A stretch of DNA of 64,000 nt. Origin: Pseudovirgaria hyperparasitica. Lineage: Eukaryota. A model generated the notes under the pieces. It made no database searches, had not been told where the DNA came from, and saw nothing but the letters and a program-made list of their open reading frames with translations. The stretch is taken from the NCBI GenBank assembly GCA_010093815.1, contig ML996565.1. One strand, written 5' to 3'. Position numbers and translations under genes: made by a program. Below, in pieces: positions 12,904 through 24,751 of this stretch. Within the stretch, counting starts at the first letter, position 1, and each line of letters begins with the position of its first letter.

Positions 12904-14606
12904 TTAATGGGCATACACCTATGCATCAACAAGCTAGACTAGACTAGCGTCATCGTGGCGTGCGTGGCTAGCGCACTTACGTGCGTTAATGTCGAGGGAC
13001 TTTTAGACTTTGGCGGGCCTTGCCCTTTTTGCGTACTTCGTTTCCGATGGACTGCCGGCGTGGCATGGTGAGCGCGTACGGTTTTGAGATGGAGATGGGA
13101 GCGTGGTGTGGGTGTGGGTGTGAGATTCTGGTGGGTGAGAGTAAGAGTTGAAAATGGGGGGTACTTGGGTTATTCCGTATGCTTGGAGAATGTCATATTT
13201 ACTTTGCACGTACTGTTCTCTATATATCATGAGTTAATTTTATTGATGTTACTAACAGGGTTATCAACTTGATAGAGCCTATAATAGATATACACACGTT
13301 CTGCCCCATGTATGTTGTACTATAGAGAAAGTCCTATGGGTTATTATATCCTAGTAGTCCTAGGTGTAAGTGTCTATACCATATGCGTTTATTGGAATAT
13401 CGATGCATTTACTGGCTTTATGACTCGCGTCTTTTTCACTGTATATCAACAAGCCTAGACGGAATCCTATATCACATAGGTATTTTGAGCCGGCTAATGT
13501 ACCATAGGAATTATTAGTAAGATATGTCTTTTGCATCGTGTACCGCACATGTCATCAGGTAATTAAGGCATTGGACTTTGGACTCAAATATCTGTTGCGT
13601 AAACAGGTATGAATCCTAGCCCAACTACGCATGGTTATACTAAATCAGCTCCAGCTCTTGACATTGTTCTTGGACCTGAAAGCCTAAACCATACGAATAA
13701 TCATATGAACGATGTCGTAGTACAGAGGGGTAGCGACAGAGGGGTAGCGACAGAAAAAGGTATTAAAATAGATAAGCGATCATACCATCACCATTCCAAA
13801 CCTAGCGATTAGGCCACAGTACTATATTATGCAGAGCTGCATAGGCCGACGAGACTACACACCACCAAGAGCCGGCCAGTGGGTTCATGTCCGGTGTCAA
13901 AGCCGTAGGACAAGAGTCTAGTTTCCGCTTCAATATCCCAACGGGCCCCATCACTCACTTTTGGAGTGGTAGACATAGAGGAGGGGCCAGTAGATCTGCT
14001 AAATGGTCCAGAAAAGGGGTCGTAACATCTCATCCGAATCTGGATATGTCAGTCTTTGGGTACGTACTCATCCATACGGTTCAGGGGCTAGTAAAGAGGT
14101 ATACAATCTTATAGATAGTGGAGTGTAGAGGTATATGATTGTATCGAGAGAGGCATCAGGATACTGGAGTGCTTGAAAATCTCTTAGCTGAAGAAGCCTG
14201 ACGGCATTCGACGTGAAAACTGACACAAAATGGCCTATAGACAAAGGTTAAGAATGGTAGATGGGGTATTGCAAAGGTCACCCATTGAATGTGAATGACA
14301 TGGAGCCTTGAATCAGCCTTCACGAATACGAAAGTTCGAAGGTTAGACTGCCTGGAGTGTTAGAATAGTAGGCCCAGCCTTAAATCAACACTTTGTCCAC
14401 GACATTTTTGAACAAGCAAAATAGACAAAAGCGTCATGGGTCATTTGCCCCTGTCCACAGCGAAGAATCAGACTTCGGCGGAATTACACCCGTCCAAGAC
14501 TATAGGACCATGATACCTGAGTTGCAATCTATCTATAAAGTCTACGGGACAAAAGAACCAACCATATGCTACATTTTATTATCTCAGCAGTACTTGTTAA
14601 CATCCC

Positions 14607-15663
14607 CTATTTGGCAATCTCTACCCCGTTGGAAGCACCTAAGGCGTGTTAGTAAAGCGCGCAACACAGATTCGGCTCAACCTACCCAAAGCCTTCTTGA
14701 TATCACCATATATAGCAAACTGGCCCGCCGTCAAACCACCCACCATAAACAACCGCGTCGGCAGCCCAGCAAACGAGCCCCGCAAACCAAGCTCTCCCGC
14801 AATCTTCATGAGCCGTGCAAGAGTACTCTCGCCAGGCAGTCCCTTGGTCTTATTGATCTTAGAAAGCATGGTATCAGCAGGCTGGGAGACAATCGCCGCG
14901 GCAAACCCCGCGAGCAGACCAGATCCAAGATTGAGCGTGGTGTCACCACCGATGAGTTTGTCTGTATTCACGCGAGCCTTGAAGAACTCTGCGATCTTCT
15001 CGAAAGCGACAAACTTCGTCACGGTGTATGGGACTTGCTTGAAGAGAATCGGTCCGAAGCCGGAGTAGAATGCGCCAACGCCTTCGTTCTTCAGGATCTT
15101 ACTGAAGCCTCCTATCAGCCCGTTCGCGAATCCAGGCGTCGAGACAAGTCGGATCCGCGTAGCTTCCAACGGACAGAGCGCTATTGAGGCGAAGAACTCT
15201 GCAGACGCGGATGACACCGAGTAGACTGCTGTTCGATTGCGTCTTGCAGACTCGATGCCGATGACGTTTATAGACTGCTGCTTGAAGAACTCATAGCCGC
15301 CGAACTTGAACGCGCCCTGTATGAAGTAGCCGGTGAAGGTTGGGCCGAGGCCTGTTAGGAGTGTGCGAGCGCCTTCTTGGGAGAGCACTTGGCGGAAGCC
15401 GCCTATCATGCCTCTATTGTACGTTATCGGATCCAGTTGGATCTTCGTCTTCACGCTGTGTTGCGGTCAAAATCATGGTTGGTTGCAGAATTGTAGTATC
15501 GAGACACATACACATCCACAGGGGTAAAAGCGCCATGGGTGATGGAGCACCCCAGAGCTCCAGCGAGGGCAAAGCGGGAGTACAGGTCGAAGCCCTTGGG
15601 GGAATTTGTCGGCGGAACGAGAGAAGCCATGGCAACATGGACGGTGGTCATATTCTGGGACAT
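14607..15663 (-). CDS. Mitochondrial phosphate carrier (MIR1/PIC2 family, SLC25), 3 exons
   Basis: [80 protein letters not shown]. The last intron yields the C-terminus [12 protein letters not shown]. Confidence 0.93.
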
Positions 15664-15860
15664 GCAAATGGGTTTATATATAGGTTTGCATTGTCCGGCA
15701 ATGACCAATGAGCGCGCAGCACTAGTGCATCCATTGATTACTAGTGGCTACCGCATTCGGCTAGCACGGCGGAGCTGAGACAACCTAAGCCCTGCCGCTA
15801 TTGCCGACATTTCAATCAACCTCCTGATTAGTATCACTTTTTCATCATGTATTCTGCGCC

Positions 15861-17043
15861 ATGCGACAAGGCTCGAGGGTGCGCGATGAAGAGACCGAAA
15901 CAGTACGGCGACGGAGAGAGCAGGTGCGGCTGAATGTAGCAGCCCTACGACGCCGACGAAAGGCCCTCACAGGCAGCCAGCACGCGCAGCCAACGTGGAG
16001 CAACAAGACACAGCATGACTTCGGGAAAGCTACGTGTATATCCGGCTCAAGATCTCGCAAACACCCAGTCGATGCTAGCGCCCTGTCGTCGGACCACGTG
16101 CTACTAGCCGTCCCCGTCGCCGGCCAGCAATACGCCGAAGTGATAGTCCAGTTCTTGCTCCAGCAGATTCCGAAGAAATCAGACAGTCAAGCCCCTTTCT
16201 GGCCGCCGCATCATTGGATGATCTTGCTATCAGAGCACACGATTGTGAATGAGAGCCTCCATCTTGCCATCAAAGCCACGGCATTGCGGGTTTTGAGTCT
16301 TGTTCGGCTGGATCGGCAGGCGCATATCAGCGGCCTGAATTTGTATGGAAGGGCATTACAGACGTTCCGCCATGAGATTATAGATGGTGTTTCAAGTCCA
16401 GGGGATATGATTGCCACAGCTCTAATGATGGCATCGTTTGAGGTATGGAATCCGCTCCCACGTGGTCATGACTGACGTCTCGTCAAGCTGATGAACCTGA
16501 CTGCGGGCGGCGTCCAGCGTTGGCGATCGCACGTGGAGAGCGTGCGACCGGTCATGTTGAACTGGGCACGATTCGCGACAGATGACGCGTTTGGTAGGTC
16601 GCTGATAAGCTGTTGGGATACACAAATGGTGCGGGACCTTAAAATGTCAATGTTCGCTCCAATTAACGCAGTGAAAGGTTTACTCCGAACTACTTGACGA
16701 GGAAAGTCGGGCCTGCGAACGGCAAAGCACAGAGGGGGGCTGTGGAGATATTCCCACGTGCACGACCCTAGAAAACTACATGCTGGTCCAGCAGCGGAAA
16801 CTGCTTTCCTTGAGCGCTGCGTTGCGCTTCAGCCCCTATACGCACGATCCGTTGGAATCCGAAGTACCCGAGGACAGATATCGTGAGACTCTGACGACGG
16901 AACTCGATCACACATGTGATATTGTGGAGAAGAGGTATGGTCTTCTTGGCAAAATCATGACTATTCTGCCCAAGACGATTGCCAGTCCTGGGGGCCTGGA
17001 TTCGGAGGTCGATCTCGTGCAGTACAGACTAGGCTTGCAATGA
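15861..17043 (+). CDS. Putative fungal transcription-factor-like protein (basic N-terminus plus Fungal_trans_2-like region), 3 exons
   Basis: Basic segment RRRREQVRLNVAALRRRRK, then SLHLAIKATAL..GLNLYGRALQTFR..IATALMMASFE. Introns 16443..16487 and about 16629..16677 join three ORF-track pieces in frame. Confidence 0.6.
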
Positions 17044-17453
17044 ACGACCGGCAAGTTGGCTCTTAGCTCGGACTCGACAAAAGAGTGGATCTACAAGCCG
17101 GCTTTATTGACGACTTCCGAGATAGAGCGCTCGATACATGGCTAGAAATCTCTGAAGTTTCTGTGTTTCTGTTCGATGAGGCTTCACACATGTAGGGGTA
17201 TGCACATGCATCATTCCCGGAAGAACAAGGCAGGCTAGGTGTTGGGTAGGCATCAGGGGCTGAATGACCTCCTGATCATAGTATATCAAGCAGAGCACGA
17301 GACGAAGTGCGACAGATCAACAGCAGCAATGAGATGAAGAGGTAAACATAAGCCTATATTCAAAAATATAGTGCGCCAAAACTTCCCAAACCATGACCCT
17401 ACCTAACCCCAACCATAACATCCTCCACGAAGAACCAAAAAAACCCAGTCCAT

Positions 17454-18587
17454 CTAACCCCTGACCAGAGTAAGGCTGTAGGCAGACAGAATCTCGTTCA
17501 CAGGCTGGAAGTAAGTCACGCCGCCGCTAGTGCAGTCGCCCGAGCCCCCGGACGTCACACCCTGAGCCTGAGACCCAGAGTAGAAGGAACCGCCCGAGTC
17601 ACCAGGCTCAGCGCAAACACTAGTCTGCGTAAGCCCAGTAACGCTGCCCTGGGCGTAATTGACCGTCGCGCCGAGCGCGCGAACAGCACCGCAGAAAACA
17701 CCCGTGGTCGAGCCAGAGCGACAGATGCTCGCTCCGACAGCGGCAGCCGTGCTGCCGGCCACGGTAATCGTGCCGCCGTTGTAGTTGTTGATGACGCCGG
17801 AGAAGGTGTTCCCGCTGGCGCCGCGGATGTAGCTGTAGTCGCCGCTTCCAGGGAACACGGAGCCGGCGAAGGTGCCGAGCGTGGTGCCGCCGGAGGAGCT
17901 AGTGGTGGCGGTTGCGCCGGACGAGCCGCAATGCCCGGCGGACACGAAGCCCGTGGTGACGGAGAAGCCGACGGAGCAGCGGGCGCTGCGGTTAATGTAG
18001 TATGCGTCGCCGCCGCGCACGGTGGCAAAGGTCGTGGGCATGGCGGCCACGGTGCGGACTTCAAACTCGGACTCGACGAGGCCGACCTGCTTGGCTAGAT
18101 CGGCGGCCTGGGCGGTGCTGCCGGACAGGGCCTCGAGCACGAGCTTGTTGGCGGTGACGTCGACGAAGTAGGCTGCGATGCCGGTGGGCTCGGCGGACTC
18201 GAGGAGGGATTGCGGCATGTCGAGCTTGTCGAGGGCTTCCTTTGCTTGCTCGAGCTTGGAGAGGGGCGCGGCGACGACGAGCGGGGTTGCGCCGGCGGCG
18301 GAGACGGCGGGGGTGAGGGCTTCGTCGGTGACGGCGACGTTGAGCTCGCCGTCGACGAGCCAGGCGCCGGCGAAGGCGTTGCCGGTGGAGGTGCGGAGCT
18401 GCTCGATTATTTCGGTGGCCTTGAGCTCGCGGGCGACGCGGACGTGGGCTTGGTCGGCGTCGAGGCCGAGGTCGCGCTTCATGGCGGCGAGGATCTTGGG
18501 GTGGAGGGTGTTGGCCGCGGTGGTTGGGGCGCCGTAGACAATGGGCAGGAAGACTGCCAGGGCAGCGAGGAATTTGGTGAGCTCCAT
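17454..18587 (-). CDS. Secreted streptogrisin/alpha-lytic-type S1 serine protease (chymotrypsin-like) with propeptide
   Basis: Signal peptide MELTKFLAALAVFLPIVYGA; propeptide LAAMKRDLGL..FAGAW; mature VRGGDAYYI, RCSVGF, SAGHC (His), GDYS (Asp), CRSGSTTG, CAEPGDSGG (Ser), YFQPV. Intronless and GC-rich. Confidence 0.95.
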   Translation of the reverse strand: MELTKFLAALAVFLPIVYGAPTTAANTLHPKILAAMKRDLGLDADQAHVRVARELKATEIIEQLRTSTGNAFAGAWLVDGELNVAVTDEALTPAVSAAGATPLVVAAPLSKLEQAKEALDKLDMPQSLLESAEPTGIAAYFVDVTANKLVLEALSGSTAQAADLAKQVGLVESEFEVRTVAAMPTTFATVRGGDAYYINRSARCSVGFSVTTGFVSAGHCGSSGATATTSSSGGTTLGTFAGSVFPGSGDYSYIRGASGNTFSGVINNYNGGTITVAGSTAAAVGASICRSGSTTGVFCGAVRALGATVNYAQGSVTGLTQTSVCAEPGDSGGSFYSGSQAQGVTSGGSGDCTSGGVTYFQPVNEILSAYSLTLVRG

Positions 18588-20664
18588 GTCTTTGGGGGAT
18601 CTTTTGCTAAGGGCTTTGAAGGGGGAGAGCGAGAAGTGTTGGTGTTTTGTGCTGAGCGTGAGATGGTAAGACACTGGACTGTCGCACATGGAGATATATA
18701 TACCTGCTCCTGCGCCGGTGGTGTTGTGAATTTCATCATTTCTCTAAAGATGAATGTCCAATGGAGAGCCCTCGATACGTCTAACTGCTATGACATGTTA
18801 CCTTCCACAATCTGCAGTAACACGTTACCGTATGCACTCGCGGTGCTAGGCAGATTATCTCAAAGGGGCATCTTACAAGACTTCTACATTGCCATTCTCC
18901 CTCCGATTCTCTTAGGGTACCAACGATAGATTAAGATACTATATCTGCCCATACACGATGCGATCTCGCAAGCTTAATAGGAAGGAGTAGATCTACGCTA
19001 AGAGGGTCGGTCTTATGATCTGAGATAAGATGTCGACCTACCAGCCAGCCTTAAGCGACGGCCTGCGTACGGATGGAATATGAATAGCTACCCGGTCTAT
19101 ATCTCTATACGCCACCTGCCTAATCAAACACCTTTATCCGCTGCTAATAGGGAGGTAAGTCTGTTGTCTGTTCTGTCATGCAGGCGACTAGTATGGCAAT
19201 AGTCGTCATGATTGGCCGCGTTTTTTGGTATTCCTATCTTGGATCATGAATGAAATCCAGGGGCTTGAAGCGCTCCCAAGACTTTAAATCAACTACAGCA
19301 AGGCACCCGTCTGAGTCACGCAAGAATGGACAATTGATAGATAGGTTCTAGCAAGAGGTATGTGTAACTGCGCTGGGCAGTTAGTATGTTCTTCCATGAT
19401 ATTAGCCAAGTCTTGCGCCATACCTTGACACCTTCCAACTTCTCTCGTCAAGAACTGGAGCAAAAGCCTACGAGCCTGAAGGATCTTAGTCATTCAGGTC
19501 AGATGTACAAACTCGCGGTCGGCCATCGCCTCCGACCGTCCTGTAGTGAGGTGAGGTGAGGTGAAGTGAATAGCAGCAGCTAGAACAACCGCAGCGCGCG
19601 CCTGCCAAAATAGAGCAGGGATCAGCATCCATGCTAGCGATCGACAAGAGATCAGAAACGTCTGTCGATCCTTATCGTTGCGCTGTTCATGCCATATCTT
19701 AGGTAGCCTCGAACCTTCCTAATACGTTCATGATTGTCCATCTTGGCATCGCATCCATACTTCTATCGCATCTATGGATCCACCCACCACACCTGTCCAC
19801 ACGAGAGAGATCCATCATCCAACGTCGTCCATCAAGTCGACCAATGACAGATGGTGTTTTTTTACTTTTGCGTGTTTGCCCGCTTCAGACTAATCGCTGT
19901 AGGCGTCGTCGTGTCCGTTCCTGTAGAAAGTATCCATGGATATGGAAACTCGCTGTTTGAGCATAGCAATGCAGAAACCCATACCACGAGACGCAGTGCA
20001 GCATCCACCAACTCAGCGGACCTTTCGCAACGTCCATGCAGGTGCATCTCCGGTAAATCCGGCATTTGAAGGCGGAGAGAAATCCACTGCTGCTCCAAAA
20101 CGTTTGCGTGTGGGTGTGTGCCAAAGTCCCATTCCAAGCTAGGGGCATGGATCCGTGGAGATACCCGGGGTGATGACTCGGGGGAGTTTTTGGATCTAAT
20201 GCGGGTACATACTATGAAACATTCGCATTGCAACTCCCGAATACGCGGTGGTCTGGTCTGGTCTGGTCTGGTATGGTATGGTCTGCTCGCTACTAATAAC
20301 AGACCATGGCGGAGTGTGTGGCTAGGGCTGATGTTTGTGACTGTTGTTCAGCTTTGTTGTCGGAGTTTACACTGCTCTCCTCCACCAAATAATCGAACGA
20401 GTCCGTCTTACGGCTTTCTATGTATTTAACCTATAACGGCGCTGATGAACACAAGGTCCGCATTATTCGTTTGGTGCCGTCGCGATATATATATGATATA
20501 CACGTATGTACCAACTAGCTCCAATTTCGGCACATCACACACCGAGCGGGTCTTGATGCCCTACCAGGTCTGCATAGTACCTTTTGCCCACTCATATGCA
20601 GCGAAGAGCCCTTTCCAGGCACTGCAGTCGTACAAGTGAATATTACATACACATACACCTCACG

Positions 20665-20726
20665 CAGAGAGCCAGAGAGCCAGAGAGCCAGACAGCCAGA
20701 GAGCCAGAGAGCCAGAAAGCCAGACA
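20665..20726. repeat. 8-bp tandem repeat (GCCAGAGA)n
   Basis: About 7 imperfect units read directly. Confidence 0.85.
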
Positions 20727-20986
20727 CAGAGCAGTCCCCTCCAAGTAATTTAACCGCCTAGCCTGCTCGACACGCTGGTAACAACTTGCGACCGAAGACT
20801 TCTTAGTCCTATGCATAGAGGCTTAGTCAATTCAGTTCAGCTCAGCTCCAACATCTTAAAATGCACGATGTTGCGTATGAATACATTCTATTATTACAAC
20901 TTGAAGCTGGTAAGTATCTAATCCAGCCCGATTACGTACCGTCCCAAATAGCTGACTGAGCTGAGCCTGGACCATTTGAAGTTACT

Positions 20987-21046
20987 AAGGCATAAAGGCA
21001 GCAAGGCAGCAAGGCACCAAGGCATGAAGGCATCAAGGCATCAAGC
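20987..21046. repeat. Degenerate 8-bp tandem repeat (AAGGCANN)n
   Basis: AAGGCATA AAGGCAGC AAGGCAGC AAGGCACC AAGGCATG AAGGCATC AAGGCATC. Confidence 0.85.
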
Positions 21047-21539
21047 AAGCGAGCGAGTAAAAAGACCTAATCAATTAAATTAATAGCCTTTTTGGCCAGA
21101 TTGGGGTTAGTTGGGTAGTACAGTAGCTGCGAGGCGAGGGCGAGGGCGAGGGCAAGGTGCACCCAGGCAGGCATACAGGCAGACAGGCAGGCATACAGGG
21201 CTGAAAAGGGAGGGGACCGGGATTATATATAATTAGCTCAGATGCATCGTGCATAGACAGAGGCGCACGGATGAAAAATAACTACAGTACAATCTCCCAA
21301 CGCGTGAGGACGAGCCGAGAGCGGATATCAAGGTCCAAGATCCAAGGTCCAAGATCCACGACAGAACGGGATGTGTTATATTCACAGTCGTCATACTACT
21401 GTATATTTCATTAGACAGAACAAATATATTCCATTTCGACAACGAAACCCAGATGTATAGAACCAGCAAAATACACAGTGTCAAATCGCATCGCGCCGGC
21501 CTCCAACACCACCACCACCACCAGCACCCACAGATCGAA

Positions 21540-23455
21540 TTACAACTCCTTGGTCGACCGGGCTGCGCCGCTTCCCTGCGCACCTGGCGGCGCCTCCACA
21601 TCGCCCTTCTTCCGCTGAATCCGCTCCCACTCCTCCTGATCGCGCTCCTCGTCCAGCGGACTACCCGTATAGTCCGTCGTCTCCTCGTCCTCGACCTCCT
21701 CGGCCAGCATCAAGTTCAGGATGCAGGCGACGAAGCCGGCAATCGCAAAGCCGGATTCCATGACGAGTGCTATGGCGTCCATGAAGCCGCGCAGCGCGGA
21801 GTTGGAGCCCTCGTAGGTGAAGACGTAGCTGAACCATCTGTGGCGCCCGTTAGTAGGTGGAAGAAAGCAGGTGAGGAGGTGAGGAGGGGACAGAGGGGAC
21901 GTACGTTGGAACAAGGGTGGCGCCGAAACCTAGTGTGAATGCGGCAGTAAGCACGAACCGATTGCGACGCGTGAACGGCACGGTGTGGAGAATGGCCATG
22001 CCGGATACAGCTACGGCGCTGAAGAGGAACGTGGTCATGCCGCCCAAGACAGCGGAGGGAATGGCGACGAGTGCGGCGGCGAACTTGGCGAAGATGCCCA
22101 TGATGATGAGCCAGAAACAGCATGCGTATCCAGCCTTGCGGTTTGCGCAGCGCGTGAGCGAGATGACGCCGTTGTTCTGTGCAAAGGTGCTGACGGGCGT
22201 GACGGTACAGAGAGTTGCGAGTATGCCGTTCAGGCCATCTGCGCATACACCACCTTGGATTCGAGAATCATACATCTTCCCGTTGACTTCGAGACGACTG
22301 ACATCGCAAGTAGCCGTGATGTCACCAATGGCTTCCATGGCAAGAACAATGTTGACTGCTAAGAGGGGTAAGACGGCTGGTCCGTAGACACTAAGCTTGA
22401 ATGTATGGACCCAGATGAAGGAGACTGCAGGCGAGGCGTTGATGGAAGAGTTGTCAAAGTAGCCGGTCGCGGCAGCGATGATACAGCCGACGAGGAGACC
22501 GATGACGACGGCAGCGGACTTCATGATTGGGCTGCCAAAGCGCTCGCAAATGATGATGGTGACAAAGACGGAGAAGCCAAGGCCGATGAACTCGGCACTG
22601 CCCCATGGTAATGGATGAGGAGCGTTGATTGTTGGGCAGAGTCTGTAGAGGCCAGTCTCGGGTCGGGTGTTGCAGGTGCCACTTCCACCAGCCCAGTTCA
22701 GGAAGCCAGTCTGGATAAGACGGACACCGATGAGGACGACAGTAGGGCCTGTAACAAGAGGGGGAAAGAGCTTTTTGAGAAGGACTGGTGGCATGAAGGA
22801 GATGAGTATTATTATGAGCGAACAGCAAGCTGCAGTGCCAAGGAGAGCGCCATAACCGTCTGGACATGGCAGCTTGACGCCGTTGGCATCAGTAGGACAC
22901 ATGCCATTCTCGTACATCTGAGCAAAGGCGCCAGTGAGGACAGGGATGACGGAGAAGGAGGTTCCAGCGACGGAGATGAGACCAGTCCCAACATAGTAAG
23001 GGGTTCCATATATGTGGAATCGAGTGATTTGGATAATGGTCAGGAAACCGCATACGATCAGAGCTGTAGAGACGAGATATTGGGTAATCTCAGTACCCAA
23101 GTTGGCAGCACCAGAACCGGCAAGGATGAGAGGAGGGGTGATGACACCGGCCAACATGGCGAGAGCATGCTGGAATCCAAGCAGTAGGGCCAGAAATAGA
23201 GGCATCTTGTCGTTCAAGCCAAAGAACGGAGCGGTCCTCCTCTCCTTCTTCATGAATGGGAGATTTGGCTTGAAGAGAAAGGCATAGTCATAATTGCCAA
23301 TGAGGCCGTCTCTGGCAGATATCAGTTCTGTTGTTGTCGAGAAAGCATGAGCAAACGTACCTGGTGGTGAAGGACTTGACGAAACCACGAACTTTGGTGG
23401 ACATGGACCTCTTCGGGCCCATGTCAGGCCCGATGCGATCGGGATCATGGTCCAT
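21540..23455 (-). CDS. Uric acid/xanthine permease (NAT/NCS2, UapA/UapC-like), 3 exons
   Basis: Spliced N-terminus MDHDPDRIGP..FTTRDGLIGNYDY, LLGFQHALAML, EAIGDITAT, NAT signature STFAQNNGVISLTRCANR. The last exon begins WFSYVFTY. Confidence 0.93.
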
Positions 23456-24336
23456 TTCGAGGTGTTTTGATTGCGGCGATGCAGAAGACGCGTGGAGACT
23501 TTTGAGGGTTTGGTCGAACCTGTAAGCTGTTTCACGGCGCAGTCATGGACGAGCCGGGAGGTCGAAGGTCAGGAGTCACAATGACGAACGAACTTGGACA
23601 GTGGATGAATGGCGATGCTGCAGGGCTTGTATGAAGGCAGATTGGATGAAGGTGGACAGATGAATAGATGAATAGATGCTGATAAGCAGCAGCAAAGAGG
23701 CGGAGATACGGGCGTGGGAGACGAGAGCACGGATGCGCTCTCTTGATGGATTCTTGGTAGCGGCTCTGGATCCGGAATGGCAGAGAGAGACGGCAGTAGT
23801 TGGTCGCAATAAAACGAGATGGGCACATACAAAGCAGTTTATAATATACATAATAGTAGTAGTAGTATGCATCTTTATCATGAAAGCCGTCTATACGTCC
23901 ACAATGGATGCATGCGACAGTCAGCCAGCAGACAGACCTGTCGGAGGCAGCCTGTGTCCGGCTGGGAGTTGGAGACAGCCGCCCATCAGCAGTCAAGCTT
24001 CAAGCCGGCCAGCCCGCTAGCAGAGAGAGTGTGAAGATGGATTGATTCAAGAACGGGTGGATCCAATCCATTCCAATCCCTTCCTTGCCTCCAACCGAAC
24101 CAACTGAACTGAATCGATTACTGGCATGTTTTTCTAGTTGCCGCTGCCACTGCGGCTGCGGCTGCGAGAAATCACCATCAAAACTACCACGACGCCAGAG
24201 CTCGGCCGAGGAGTGCACTTGGCTTGTTGTGGGCTTTTGTTTGATAAGGGATTCACGATCCTATTGGCGACGTTCTGACGATTTGGCGATTTGACTCGTT
24301 TCTTCCTTTCTTCTTTTCCATCCTCCAGTCTGCGAC

Positions 24337-24350
24337 TCGGTCCGCGCCGA
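24337..24350. promoter_or_regulatory. UaY/Ppr1-type binding site TCGG-N6-CCGA
   Basis: TCGG TCCGCG CCGA, an exact consensus about 880 bp upstream of the UapA-like ATG; GATAAG elements at about 23681 and 24243. Confidence 0.6.
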
Positions 24351-24751
24351 TCGAGTACAGGGCCTGTCCGATACTGATATACATTCTTTACCAGACTGTT
24401 CGCATCTATCCGACACGTCAGCCCTCCATTCTAGAACAGGCCTGAGCTGAGGTATTAGCCACCATCACCACGCCTCTACCGAAACCAACACCATCTACGA
24501 ACTACTACACCTCCATTAAGCTGTCATGGATTCCTTGGGACCTTGTAGAGTCTTGAGGGCTCAATTTTGTCGCACGCGGTCTAAACAGGACTAGATCCGG
24601 ATGTTCACGCGTAGATGTCAAGGAACCATGATGTTCCAACCAAAAGAAATAGGATTCTCAACCTTCTCCTCACGAATCTCTTGGAAATATAATCAACCGA
24701 CTGGTCACATTGAAGTTGAACTGCTTTTTTCCATAATCCACTGCCACCAAC

